Source of the DNA: Armatimonadota bacterium
GTDB lineage: Bacteria > Sysuimicrobiota > Sysuimicrobiia > Sysuimicrobiales > Sysuimicrobiaceae
DNA: 64,000 nucleotides
Direction of reading: 5' to 3'
NCBI GenBank assembly: GCA_025059775.1
Contig: JANXCW010000006.1
Span: 22,361-86,360, forward strand
Part shown: positions 11,435-20,152 of the stretch, piece after piece
How positions within the stretch are numbered: the stretch's first letter is position 1
Layout of the letters: each line of letters starts with the position of its first letter
The notes under the pieces: generated by a model
What the model saw: only the letters and a program-made list of their open reading frames with translations
Told to the model about the DNA's origin: nothing
Databases searched by the model: none
Made by a program: the position numbers and the translations under genes

Positions 11435-11683
11435 ATGTTGTGTCCAGTCTGCCAAGTGGAGCTACGGATCGCGGAGCGCAGCGGCATTGAGATCGACTAC
11501 TGCCCCAAGTGTCGGGGCGTGTGGTTAGACCGAGGTGAACTCGACAAGATCATCGAACGATCTCTGGGGACGTCTGAAATCTCCAGATACGGGGAAGGTC
11601 CGTATCCGGAACGATACTCGGAGATACACAAGCATCGGAGGAAGCGTAAGTCATTCCTGAGCGAGTTGTTTGACTTCGACTGA
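11435..11683 (+). CDS. Zinc-ribbon domain protein (CPxC...CPKCRGVWLD type)
   Basis: MLCPVCQVEL...DYCPKCRGVWLDRGELDKI motif. GGAGGTGA RBS. Local GC is about 53%, below the window average. Confidence 0.6.
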   Translation: MLCPVCQVELRIAERSGIEIDYCPKCRGVWLDRGELDKIIERSLGTSEISRYGEGPYPERYSEIHKHRRKRKSFLSELFDFD

Positions 11684-11684
11684 T

Positions 11685-12791
11685 CTACACGATGGCTTGG
11701 TGGTTGATTGGGTCAAACAGGTGGAGCCGGCTCATGTCGAGAGCCACGGTCACCTCATCTCCCATTCGTGCGGAGCTGTTCGCATCTACCCGGGCCACCA
11801 GGGAATGCCCGCCCGCCTCCAGGTAGAGGATCACGTCTGAGCCCAGGGGCTCATGCACCTCCACCTTTGCCCGCAGAGCTGCGAAGTGCGGCGGCAGGGC
11901 TCCGTTGCGCAGTGCCGCGTCCTCGATGTGCTCCGGCCGGATCCCCAAAATGACCTCCTTTCCGCCCCACGGCTCCACGTAGGGGGTGAGGGTCTGTGGG
12001 ATCGGTACCCGCCAGCTGCCCGCGTCAAAGACGAAGACCGAATCCTGGCGGGCCAACCGGCCCGGGATGAAGTTCATGGAGGGGCTCCCGATGAATCCCG
12101 CCACGAACATGTTTGCGGGCTTTTGGTACAGGTTCAGCGGGGTGTCCACCTGCTGCACCACCCCTTCCCGCAGCACCACGATCCGGTCCCCCATGGTCAT
12201 GGCCTCCACCTGGTCGTGGGTCACATAGACCGTGGTGGTCTGCAGCCGCGCATGGAGCTTCTTCAGCTCCGCCCGGGTCTGCACCCGCAGGGCCGCATCG
12301 AGGTTGCTGAGGGGTTCGTCCATTAAGAACACCTGAGGCTCCCGCACGATGGCCCTCCCCAGGGCCACCCGCTGCCGCTGCCCGCCCGACAGCTGCTTGG
12401 GCTTGCGGTCCAGGAGGTGCTCGATCCCCAGCATGTGGGCAGCTTCCCGCACCCGCCGGTCGATCTCCCGCGGCGGGTAGCGGCGCAGCCGCAGGCTAAA
12501 CGCCATGTTCTCGTACACGGTCATGTGGGGGTAGAGGGCGTAGTTCTGGAAGACCATAGCGATGTCCCGGTCCTTGGGTGGAACGTCGTTCACCCGGCGG
12601 TCGCCGATGTAGATGTCGCCCTCCGTGGGGTCCTCCAGCCCCGCGATGAGCCGCAGGGCCGTGGTCTTCCCGCACCCGCTGGGCCCCACCAGCACCGTGA
12701 ACTGCCGGTCCGGAATCTCCAGGGTGACGTGACTCAGGGCCACCACGTTTCCGAATCGTTTCGTCACCCGATCGAGGAACACCCGTGCCAT
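11685..12791 (-). CDS. Sugar ABC transporter ATP-binding protein (MalK/MsmX/UgpC family), orphan ATPase
   Basis: Walker A GPSGCGKTT, signature LSGGQRQRVALGRA, Walker B VFLMDEPLSNLD, and a C-terminal TOBE domain. No permease genes are adjacent. Confidence 0.9.
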   Translation of the reverse strand: MARVFLDRVTKRFGNVVALSHVTLEIPDRQFTVLVGPSGCGKTTALRLIAGLEDPTEGDIYIGDRRVNDVPPKDRDIAMVFQNYALYPHMTVYENMAFSLRLRRYPPREIDRRVREAAHMLGIEHLLDRKPKQLSGGQRQRVALGRAIVREPQVFLMDEPLSNLDAALRVQTRAELKKLHARLQTTTVYVTHDQVEAMTMGDRIVVLREGVVQQVDTPLNLYQKPANMFVAGFIGSPSMNFIPGRLARQDSVFVFDAGSWRVPIPQTLTPYVEPWGGKEVILGIRPEHIEDAALRNGALPPHFAALRAKVEVHEPLGSDVILYLEAGGHSLVARVDANSSARMGDEVTVALDMSRLHLFDPINHQAIV

Positions 12792-12803
12792 TCCCCGCTC
12801 CCC

Positions 12804-13877
12804 CTATCGAGGCCCCCCCTCCAGCCGCCGCTTCAGCTCATCGATGACCACCACGGGATACGGATCCACGTCGTTCAGGTATGCGAGGTAAACACTGACG
12901 AGGTCACCGAACAGCACGAGCGAGGCAAGACGGCTCAGGGGGTCTTCTCCCCGGCTCCACACCTCATGGTAGCCGCTGGCCTTGTGGAAGGCAATCTCCC
13001 GGGTGATCTCCAGCCGCTGCACCAAGCGCGGCGGGTCCTCCCGATCCCGCAGCACCACCACCTCCAGCATCCCCTCCGGTTGCCCCGCAAGCGCCCATCC
13101 CACCGTCTCGTTGTGGTTGAGTTCCGGGAAGACGTGGGTGGCCGCGAACATCTTGCTGTTCTCGTTGAGCTGGGTCTTCCATCGCAGGGCCGCTGGCTCC
13201 GTGAAGCCACGGAGGGCATAGACCACGGGGACGTGTCCTGCCAGGGCCCTGGCCAGCCGCTTTGCGGGGTTCTCCGCCTCCGGGCGGTCCGGCCCCCACT
13301 CCCCCGCGAGTCCGGCGAGCACCGAAGCGGCCTCCGCCACCGCCGCTTCCTGCGGGGGAAGCACTCCCCACCGCTCCAGAACCGCCAACATGGGGGCGAA
13401 GAGATATCCGAGGGCCGCCCGGGGCGGGTACCCGGAGGGGATCCGTATCACGGGAACACCCTCCGACCGCGCCCACTCGTACAACACGCCTCCGGAGGTG
13501 ATGGCCACCCGCACCGCCCCTGCTTTGCCCGCGGCCTCGTAGGCGGCCAGCGTCTCCTCCGTGCTCCCGGAGTACGAACAGGCGAACGCCACGGTCTTCG
13601 GACCCACCCAGCGGGGAAGGGTGTAATCCTTTACCACCACCACCGGGATATCCGCCCGCTCGTACAGCAATCCCCGCAGCAGGTCCCCACCGATGCCGGA
13701 GCCTCCCATCCCCAGCACCAACACCTGCGCCACATCCGGAGGAGGCCCAAGCGGTGCTTCCCGTCCCAGCCAGTAGCCTTCCTGTAGGGTCTCGCCCAAG
13801 CGCAGCACGAGCCTCAGCATCCCTCGTGGGTCGAGGGCCCGGCACCGATCGGGGTCGTCCAGCAGTCCCCGCACCAT
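12804..13877 (-). CDS. Bifunctional phosphoglucose/phosphomannose isomerase (SIS-domain, archaeal-type PGI/PMI)
   Basis: SIS motif VLVLGMGGSGIGGDLL and a PGI_C-like C-terminus. The start is uncertain: the candidate ATG abuts the divergent gene's start. Confidence 0.7.
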   Translation of the reverse strand: MVRGLLDDPDRCRALDPRGMLRLVLRLGETLQEGYWLGREAPLGPPPDVAQVLVLGMGGSGIGGDLLRGLLYERADIPVVVVKDYTLPRWVGPKTVAFACSYSGSTEETLAAYEAAGKAGAVRVAITSGGVLYEWARSEGVPVIRIPSGYPPRAALGYLFAPMLAVLERWGVLPPQEAAVAEAASVLAGLAGEWGPDRPEAENPAKRLARALAGHVPVVYALRGFTEPAALRWKTQLNENSKMFAATHVFPELNHNETVGWALAGQPEGMLEVVVLRDREDPPRLVQRLEITREIAFHKASGYHEVWSRGEDPLSRLASLVLFGDLVSVYLAYLNDVDPYPVVVIDELKRRLEGGPR

Positions 13878-15762
13878 GTCCGTGAGGGATTTCGCGTTCC
13901 GTGACGCCTTTCCCTCCGGCGGATACACTACTAGGGAAGTGGTGCGACGCCCTGTCGTCCTGCCGATCCTCGAAGGTGCAGGCGGGCAGGAGACGCTGTC
14001 CGTGGGTGCAGCGCTTGCCCAGGCCTGGGAAGCGCCTCTCCTGCTCCTCGGGGTGGTCCTGGTCCCACCTTCCGAACCCCTGAGCCGGGGGGCTACTGAG
14101 GCCCAGATGATGCGGGAGCGGCTCGAACAGTGCGCCGCGGACCTCCGACCGGAGCTCGAGGTCCGTACGGCGGTCCGGGTAGGGCACGAGGCGTGGGGGG
14201 AGATCGCGGCCACGTGCCTGGAAGCGCAGGCGGCGCTCCTGGTCCTGGTGCGGGAAGTGGGACGGGAGAACCTCTTCGGCCGCAGCCTGGACTTCCTCCT
14301 CCACCACCCGCCCTGTGATCTCGTGATCCTGCCCCGCGCTCCCCTCGAGGCCTTCCGTAACCCTCTGGTGGGCGTGCGGGGGGGACCCAACGCGGAGCTC
14401 GCGCTCCGGGTGGCCCAGGCCCTGGCCCTCCCGCAGGGAGGAGAAGTCACGGCCCTCCACGTCTTCCGGGAGGACATCCCGGAGTCCCAGCGGTGGCGGG
14501 AGGAGCGGCCGTACCTCACGGTGATGCAGCAGGAGGTGGCCAAGGGGGTACGGCGGAAGTTCGCCATGGGGCGAGCCGCGGAGGTGATCGTGCGGGAGGC
14601 GCCCCACCACTCCGTGGTGGTGGTGGGTGCTACCGCGGACCCGCACCGACCTGCCGTCCAGCCTCCCCTGCGGAAGCTGCCCATGCTGGTGGCGGTGCGC
14701 AGCTCCCTGCCCGTGGCGGACTGGATCGTCCTCCGCACCGCCCGGAGCTCCTGGTCCCGGGCGGAGGTGGAGAAGTGGTTCGCGGAGAACACCTTCCACG
14801 CCCGGGAGTTCGCGGACCTGGAGCGACTCGTGGCCCTCAAGGGGGAGCGGGGCCTCACCATCAGTCTGGGACTGCCCGCCCTTAACGAGGAGGAGACCAT
14901 CGGGGAGATCATCCGGGTCCTCAAGGACGCCCTCATGGACCGACACCCCCTCCTGGACGAGATGGTGCTGGTGGATAGCGACTCCACGGACCGAACCCGG
15001 GAGATCGCGGCCTCCCTGGGGATCCCCGTGGTGCGCCACTCCCAGGTCCTGCCCCAGTACGGAAGCTACCTGGGAAAGGGCGAGGCCCTGTGGAAGAGCC
15101 TGTACGTGCTGCGGGGGGACATCGTGGTATGGGTGGACACGGACATCCGGAATATGCACCCGAAATTCGTGTACGGGCTCGTGGGACCCCTTCTGCGGGA
15201 GGAGCGGATCGCCTTCGTGAAGGGCTACTACCGACGCCCCCTCCAGGTGGGCGACCGGCTGTACGAAACCGGGGGTGGCCGGGTAACGGAGCTGGTGGCC
15301 CGCCCCCTTACGAACCTCTTCTTCCCTGAGCTCTCAGGGCTCATCCAGCCCCTCGCGGGCGAGTACGCGGGCCGGCGTGAGGTCCTCGAGCAGATCCCCT
15401 TCTTCACAGGCTACGGGGTGGAGATGGGCATGCTCATCGACCTCCTGAACCGGTTCGGACTGCGGGCCATCGGGCAGGTGGACCTGGAGCAGCGCATTCA
15501 TCGGAACCAGTCCCTCCCCTCCCTCTCCCTCATGGCCTATCAGATCGTGCAGGTGGTGCTGCGGAGGGTGGAGGACCGGATCCAGGCCCCGATCCTCCCC
15601 GAGGCCTCCCGCACCATGAAACTGATCCGCTGGGAAGAAGGTACGCTTGGACTGGAAGAACGGGAGATCACGGAGGTCGAGCGGCCGCCCATGATCACGA
15701 TCCCCGAGTACCGAGCCCGCCGCGTGGCGCTCCACCGCGCCAGGGGACCTGTCCCCACCTAG
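13876..15762 (+). CDS. gpgS: Glucosyl-3-phosphoglycerate synthase (GT81) fused to an N-terminal tandem universal-stress-protein (Usp) domain
   Basis: C-terminal 340 aa closely resemble mycobacterial GpgS (LPALNEEETI, GKGEALWKSLYVLRGDIVVWVDTDI, FVKGYYRRPLQV, GGGRVTELVARPL). The N-terminal 280 aa form two Usp-like alpha/beta units. One uninterrupted ORF. An alternative GTG start lies near 13939. Confidence 0.8.
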   Translation: MSVRDFAFRDAFPSGGYTTREVVRRPVVLPILEGAGGQETLSVGAALAQAWEAPLLLLGVVLVPPSEPLSRGATEAQMMRERLEQCAADLRPELEVRTAVRVGHEAWGEIAATCLEAQAALLVLVREVGRENLFGRSLDFLLHHPPCDLVILPRAPLEAFRNPLVGVRGGPNAELALRVAQALALPQGGEVTALHVFREDIPESQRWREERPYLTVMQQEVAKGVRRKFAMGRAAEVIVREAPHHSVVVVGATADPHRPAVQPPLRKLPMLVAVRSSLPVADWIVLRTARSSWSRAEVEKWFAENTFHAREFADLERLVALKGERGLTISLGLPALNEEETIGEIIRVLKDALMDRHPLLDEMVLVDSDSTDRTREIAASLGIPVVRHSQVLPQYGSYLGKGEALWKSLYVLRGDIVVWVDTDIRNMHPKFVYGLVGPLLREERIAFVKGYYRRPLQVGDRLYETGGGRVTELVARPLTNLFFPELSGLIQPLAGEYAGRREVLEQIPFFTGYGVEMGMLIDLLNRFGLRAIGQVDLEQRIHRNQSLPSLSLMAYQIVQVVLRRVEDRIQAPILPEASRTMKLIRWEEGTLGLEEREITEVERPPMITIPEYRARRVALHRARGPVPT

Positions 15763-15772
15763 CACCACCGAG

Positions 15773-17551
15773 ATGCGGACCCCGCTACCGAATCCGGATC
15801 CTCTGGAGCTGCTCCGCAACCGCCTGGACATCACGGTGGTGCCTTTTACGGACCGCGGAAGCCGCATCCTTGTCCTTCGGGAACCGGGGGAATCCCGACT
15901 GCGGATCCACCTGTGCGAGCGATGGCCGAGGCTTACACAGGTGGAGGGCCACTACCGGATGCGCCCACCGCTGGTGAGCGGGCTGCAGTTCTTGGACGGC
16001 GGAGGAGCGTCCCTCTTCTGGAGGCTCGTGACGTATCCCCATAAGCTGGAGTTCCACACGCCCGTGGGGCTGTTCGAGCTGGCCTTTGATGGGCCAGAAC
16101 TGCTGGTGCTGCGACCTCCCCCCGGAAAGTGCGGGCTGCGGTTTTGGGTGCGGGCACAGGAGGCGGCCGCAGACCGGAGGGGCGGCACAACCCGGGGCGT
16201 GCGTCACATGGCCTACACCACCAATGCCCCTATCTGCCGCAACGAACTCCGACCGGAGGGCCCCAACCAGTGGCGCGTGGAGCTCTGGGTGGAGGCCACC
16301 CCGCAAGCTCAAATCACCCTGAACATCACGCCCCGGCTCGGGTTCGATCGCCGCATCCGGCCCTACGATCCGGTGGCGGAAGCGGAGCGGCGGTGGCGGG
16401 AGTGGTTCCAGGCGGTTCCGGAGGTGGACCTGCGCTTCCGGCCCACCTATGACTATGCGTGGTACCTCCTCCGTGCGGGCCTGCTGAGCACCCGGTACTA
16501 CCTGACCCGGGAAGCCCTGGTCCCCTCGAAGGTGCACTACGTGGGGCTCTGGCAGTGGGACGCCTTCTTCCATGCCCTTGCCTACCGGCACGTGGACCCC
16601 CTATTGGCCACAGATCAGTTCCGGGTCCTCTTCGACCACCAGCGGCCTGATGGTCGGCTACCGGACTGCGTCTTCGACGAAGGGATCGTGGACTACCTGG
16701 AGGAGCCGATCCCGGGTCCCGTCACCAAACCCCCTGTGGCGGGATGGGCGCTGTGGAAGGTATACGAGGCAATCCAGGACGTGGACTTCGTCGCGGAGCT
16801 GTACGAGCCCCTCTCCCGCTGGCAGCGGTGGTGGATGGAGCAGTGTGACACGGACGGGGACGGACTTCCCGAGTACCACCATCCCTTCTCCTCGGGCCTG
16901 GACGACAGCCCCCTGTGGGATTTCGGCATGCCCGTGGTCTCGCCCGACCTTCCCACCTACCTGTGTCTGCAGGCGGAGGCATTGAGCCACATGGCCCGGC
17001 TGCTGGGCGAGGAGGAGGAGGCGGAGCGGTGGGAGGCGGAAGCGAATGCGCTCGTGCAGCGGATGGTGGAAAGGCTCTATGATCCGGACACCGGGATCTT
17101 CTGGGCCCATCGGCGGACCAGCCTGAGCTCGGAGCGTGTTCCCGTCCTCACTCCCCTGAGCCTCTTCCCTCTGTGGACGGGGCGTCTCCCAGAGGAGGTG
17201 GTGGAGCGGCTGGTGGGGATCCTCGTGGACCCCGAGCACTTCTGGACCTCCTATCCGGTTCCCAGCGTGGCCCGATCCGATCCCCGATATCGGCCGGACC
17301 GGATGTGGCGTGGACCCACGTGGATCAACCTGAACTACATGCTCATCGAGGGCCTGCTCCGGTGCGGCCGGCACACCGTAGCCCGGGCGCTGTGCGACCG
17401 GACCCTGGAGCTCGTGGCCCTGCACGCGGACATCAAGGAGTACTACCACCCCGAAACCGGCGCGGTACCGCCCGGGGCAGCCCCCGGGTTCGGGTGGTCC
17501 GCGGCGCTGTACGCGGACCTCGCCATTCGCCGGTCCAGGGGGGAAATTTAG
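15773..17551 (+). CDS. GH63-family glycosyl-glycerate hydrolase (mannosylglycerate/glucosylglycerate hydrolase-like)
   Basis: (alpha/alpha)6 glycosidase signature (GLWQWDAFFHALAY, GDGLPEYHHPFSSGLDDSPLWD, WRGPTWINLNYML). Start lies 10 nt after the gpgS stop. Confidence 0.65.
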   Translation: MRTPLPNPDPLELLRNRLDITVVPFTDRGSRILVLREPGESRLRIHLCERWPRLTQVEGHYRMRPPLVSGLQFLDGGGASLFWRLVTYPHKLEFHTPVGLFELAFDGPELLVLRPPPGKCGLRFWVRAQEAAADRRGGTTRGVRHMAYTTNAPICRNELRPEGPNQWRVELWVEATPQAQITLNITPRLGFDRRIRPYDPVAEAERRWREWFQAVPEVDLRFRPTYDYAWYLLRAGLLSTRYYLTREALVPSKVHYVGLWQWDAFFHALAYRHVDPLLATDQFRVLFDHQRPDGRLPDCVFDEGIVDYLEEPIPGPVTKPPVAGWALWKVYEAIQDVDFVAELYEPLSRWQRWWMEQCDTDGDGLPEYHHPFSSGLDDSPLWDFGMPVVSPDLPTYLCLQAEALSHMARLLGEEEEAERWEAEANALVQRMVERLYDPDTGIFWAHRRTSLSSERVPVLTPLSLFPLWTGRLPEEVVERLVGILVDPEHFWTSYPVPSVARSDPRYRPDRMWRGPTWINLNYMLIEGLLRCGRHTVARALCDRTLELVALHADIKEYYHPETGAVPPGAAPGFGWSAALYADLAIRRSRGEI

Positions 17552-17609
17552 GGGGAAGCAGATCGAGGCCCTTCGCCAGGTCTTCCAGGAGCTCTCCCAC
17601 CCCGCGGCC

Positions 17610-18410
17610 GTGGCCTCAGCGATCCGCGGGGTGGTCACCACTGCCCTCGTTCTCCTGGGGGCGTATGCGGTGAACGGGATCGGCCGGAGGGTGGTGGAAC
17701 AGATCCTCCGTCCCCCGGAGGGTGCTCCCAACTACGCAGCCCGCCTGCAGCGGGCTCGCACCCTCCTCCCCCTCGCCTACGGGGCCATCCGCTACACGGT
17801 GTACTTCGTGGCAGGGATCATGGCCCTCCGCCAACTGGGGGTGGACCCCGCACCGCTGCTGGCCAGCGCGGGCGTGGCAGGTCTCGCCATCGGATTTGGG
17901 GCTCAGGCCCTGATCCGGGACAGCATCAGCGGGTTCTTCCTCCTGCTGGATGGCCTGATCCAGGTGGGGGATATCATCACCGTAGGACCGGAAACAGGGG
18001 TGGTGGAGCAGATCGGGTTGCGCACCACCCAGATCCGGCGGTTCACGGGCGAGGTGGTGACCATTCCCAACGGGGAGCTCACCCGGTTCCGGAACTACAC
18101 CCGGGGGCCTCTTCGGGCCATGCTCACCATCGGGGTGGGTCGCAAGGAGGACCTGCGGCGGGTGGGGGAGCTGCTGCATGAGGCGGTGGCGGGGTGGCGA
18201 CAGGATCACCCAGAGGCCGAGGCCGGGGAACCGGAGGTTCAGGCCCTCCTGGAGCTCGCTCCTCAAGTCCAGGTGCTGCGCCTGGTGGTGCCCGTGCAGC
18301 CCATGAGCCTATGGCGGGCGGAGCGGGAGCTGCGTCTACGGATCAAGGAGAGGTTGGAGGCCGCAGGCGTCGAACTGATCTCCATCGGCCCTTCGGAGAC
18401 GGTGGCATGA
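17610..18410 (+). CDS. Small-conductance mechanosensitive channel (MscS family)
   Basis: Three TM helices, then an MscS beta-domain motif (GDIITVGPETGVVEQIGLRTTQIRRFTGEVVTIPNGEL). Stop TGA overlaps the glgC ATG (ATGA). Confidence 0.8.
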   Translation: MASAIRGVVTTALVLLGAYAVNGIGRRVVEQILRPPEGAPNYAARLQRARTLLPLAYGAIRYTVYFVAGIMALRQLGVDPAPLLASAGVAGLAIGFGAQALIRDSISGFFLLLDGLIQVGDIITVGPETGVVEQIGLRTTQIRRFTGEVVTIPNGELTRFRNYTRGPLRAMLTIGVGRKEDLRRVGELLHEAVAGWRQDHPEAEAGEPEVQALLELAPQVQVLRLVVPVQPMSLWRAERELRLRIKERLEAAGVELISIGPSETVA

Positions 18411-19645
18411 AGGGTCCCTATCCGGGCGGAAGGCCGCGGACGCTGGGCATTATTCTGGCGGGAGGACGCGGGGAGCGGCTGCACCCTCTGACTCGGGACC
18501 GTAGCAAGCCCGCGGTCCCCTTCGGGGGCCGGTACCGGATCGTGGACTTCGTCCTCACGAACTTCATCCACTCCGGGATCTTCTCCCTCTACATCCTCGT
18601 GCAGTATAAGTCCCAGTCCCTCATCGACCACCTCCGGCATGGGTGGCGGGCCACGGGGCTCCACGAGGACCACTTCCTCTTGGTGGTCCCCCCCCAAATG
18701 CGGTGGGGCGAGGCGTGGTACCGGGGAACCGCGGACGCGGTCTATCAGAACCTTAACCTCGTCCGGGACTACGAGCCGGAGCTGGTGGCCATCTTCGGCG
18801 CGGACCACATCTACCGCATGGACATCTCCCAGATGATCGCCTTCCATCAGGAGGTGGGGGCCGACGCCACCGTGGCCGCTCTCCCGGTGCCCGTGGAGAA
18901 GGCGAGGGCCTTCGGCGTCCTCGAGGCGGACCCCGACGGCCGGGTGTGGCGGTTCGAGGAAAAGCCCCTAGAGCCCCGGGCCCTTCCGGGCCGTCCGCAA
19001 TACGCCCTGTGCTCCATGGGGAACTACATCTTCCATGCGGACGTCCTGGTGGAGGTGCTGGTGGAGGACGCCCAGCGTTCCACGGACCACGACTTCGGAC
19101 GCAGCATCCTCCCCGCCATGTTGGGCCGCTACCGGGTCTATGCGTACGACTTCCACACGAACCGCATCCCGGGCCTCAAACCCTATGAGGAGCCCGCGTA
19201 CTGGCGGGACATCGGCACCATCTTCGCCTACTGGGAAGCGCACATGGATCTGTTGGGCCCGCAACCCCGGTTCGACTTGCAGAACCCACAGTGGCCCATC
19301 CTGGGCGCGGCCTATCCCGGACCGCCCGCCCGCATCCTGCAGGGGGAGGTGTACGACACCCTCCTCGCGGAGGGCACCGTGGTGGAGGGCGGACGCATCC
19401 GAAGATCGATCCTCGGTCGGGGGGTGCACATCGACCCGGATGTGGAGATCGAGGAATCCGTGGTCATGGACTTCACCGTGGTGCGCCGGGGATGCAGACT
19501 CCGGCGGGTCATCGTGGATCGGTACAATATCCTCGAGCCCAACACCGTCATCGGGGAGGATCCGGAGGAGGACGCGCGCCGGTATCACCGGGACCGATCG
19601 GGAATCGTGGTCGTCCCCCGCGGCCCCACCCGGGCGCGGTTCTAG
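18407..19645 (+). CDS. glgC: Glucose-1-phosphate adenylyltransferase
   Basis: LGIILAGGRGERLHPLTRDRSKPAVPFGGRYRIVDFVLTNFIHSGI and a C-terminal left-handed beta-helix. Confidence 0.9.
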   Translation: MKGPYPGGRPRTLGIILAGGRGERLHPLTRDRSKPAVPFGGRYRIVDFVLTNFIHSGIFSLYILVQYKSQSLIDHLRHGWRATGLHEDHFLLVVPPQMRWGEAWYRGTADAVYQNLNLVRDYEPELVAIFGADHIYRMDISQMIAFHQEVGADATVAALPVPVEKARAFGVLEADPDGRVWRFEEKPLEPRALPGRPQYALCSMGNYIFHADVLVEVLVEDAQRSTDHDFGRSILPAMLGRYRVYAYDFHTNRIPGLKPYEEPAYWRDIGTIFAYWEAHMDLLGPQPRFDLQNPQWPILGAAYPGPPARILQGEVYDTLLAEGTVVEGGRIRRSILGRGVHIDPDVEIEESVVMDFTVVRRGCRLRRVIVDRYNILEPNTVIGEDPEEDARRYHRDRSGIVVVPRGPTRARF

Positions 19646-19675
19646 GGACCGCCAGGGTGGGGATGGGAGGACAAC

Positions 19676-20146
19676 ATGGTGGAGTACCGGCCGGCTCGAC
19701 GGGAAGATCTGGAGGCCATCTGTGCCCTGCTGACGGCCTGCGGGCTCTCCCCGGAGGGCGTCGCGGACTGGCTGGACACCTTCTGGGTGGCCCTGGATGA
19801 CGGTGCCCTGGTGGGGGTCGCGGGACTCGAGCGGTACGGGGACGTGACCCTGCTCCGCTCTGTCGCCACACACCCCGCGTACCGAGGCCGGGGCGTCGCA
19901 GCCGCTCTCTGCCGCCGCCTCCTCGCTCTCGCGCAGGCGCAGGGTGTGCGCACCGTATACCTGCTCACGCAGACGGCAGAAGGATATTTCCGCCGTTTCT
20001 TCGGATTCCGGGCCATCCCGCGAGCGGCCGCGGACCCGCGCCTGCAGGCCTCCCTCCAGTTCGCCCGTACCTGCCCAGATTCCGCGGTGCTCATGGCGCT
20101 GGAGCTGGAACCCCTCCGGCCCCAAGACCACAACACCCCCACCTGA
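19676..20146 (+). CDS. GNAT-family N-acetyltransferase (ArgA-like small acetyltransferase)
   Basis: GNAT core (LVGVAGLERYGDVTLLRSVATHPAYRGRGVAAAL). Confidence 0.7.
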   Translation: MVEYRPARREDLEAICALLTACGLSPEGVADWLDTFWVALDDGALVGVAGLERYGDVTLLRSVATHPAYRGRGVAAALCRRLLALAQAQGVRTVYLLTQTAEGYFRRFFGFRAIPRAAADPRLQASLQFARTCPDSAVLMALELEPLRPQDHNTPT

Positions 20147-20152
20147 AGGCCC

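Noticed and set aside
13876-13878. Divergent genes (PGI/PMI on - and Usp-GpgS on +) apparently sharing overlapping start codons at 13876/13877
   Set aside because: Two divergent genes initiating within 2 nt of each other is implausible for promoter/RBS geometry. More likely one uses an internal start (GTG 13939 for the + gene or an internal Met for PGI/PMI). Recorded as start-site uncertainty, not a feature.
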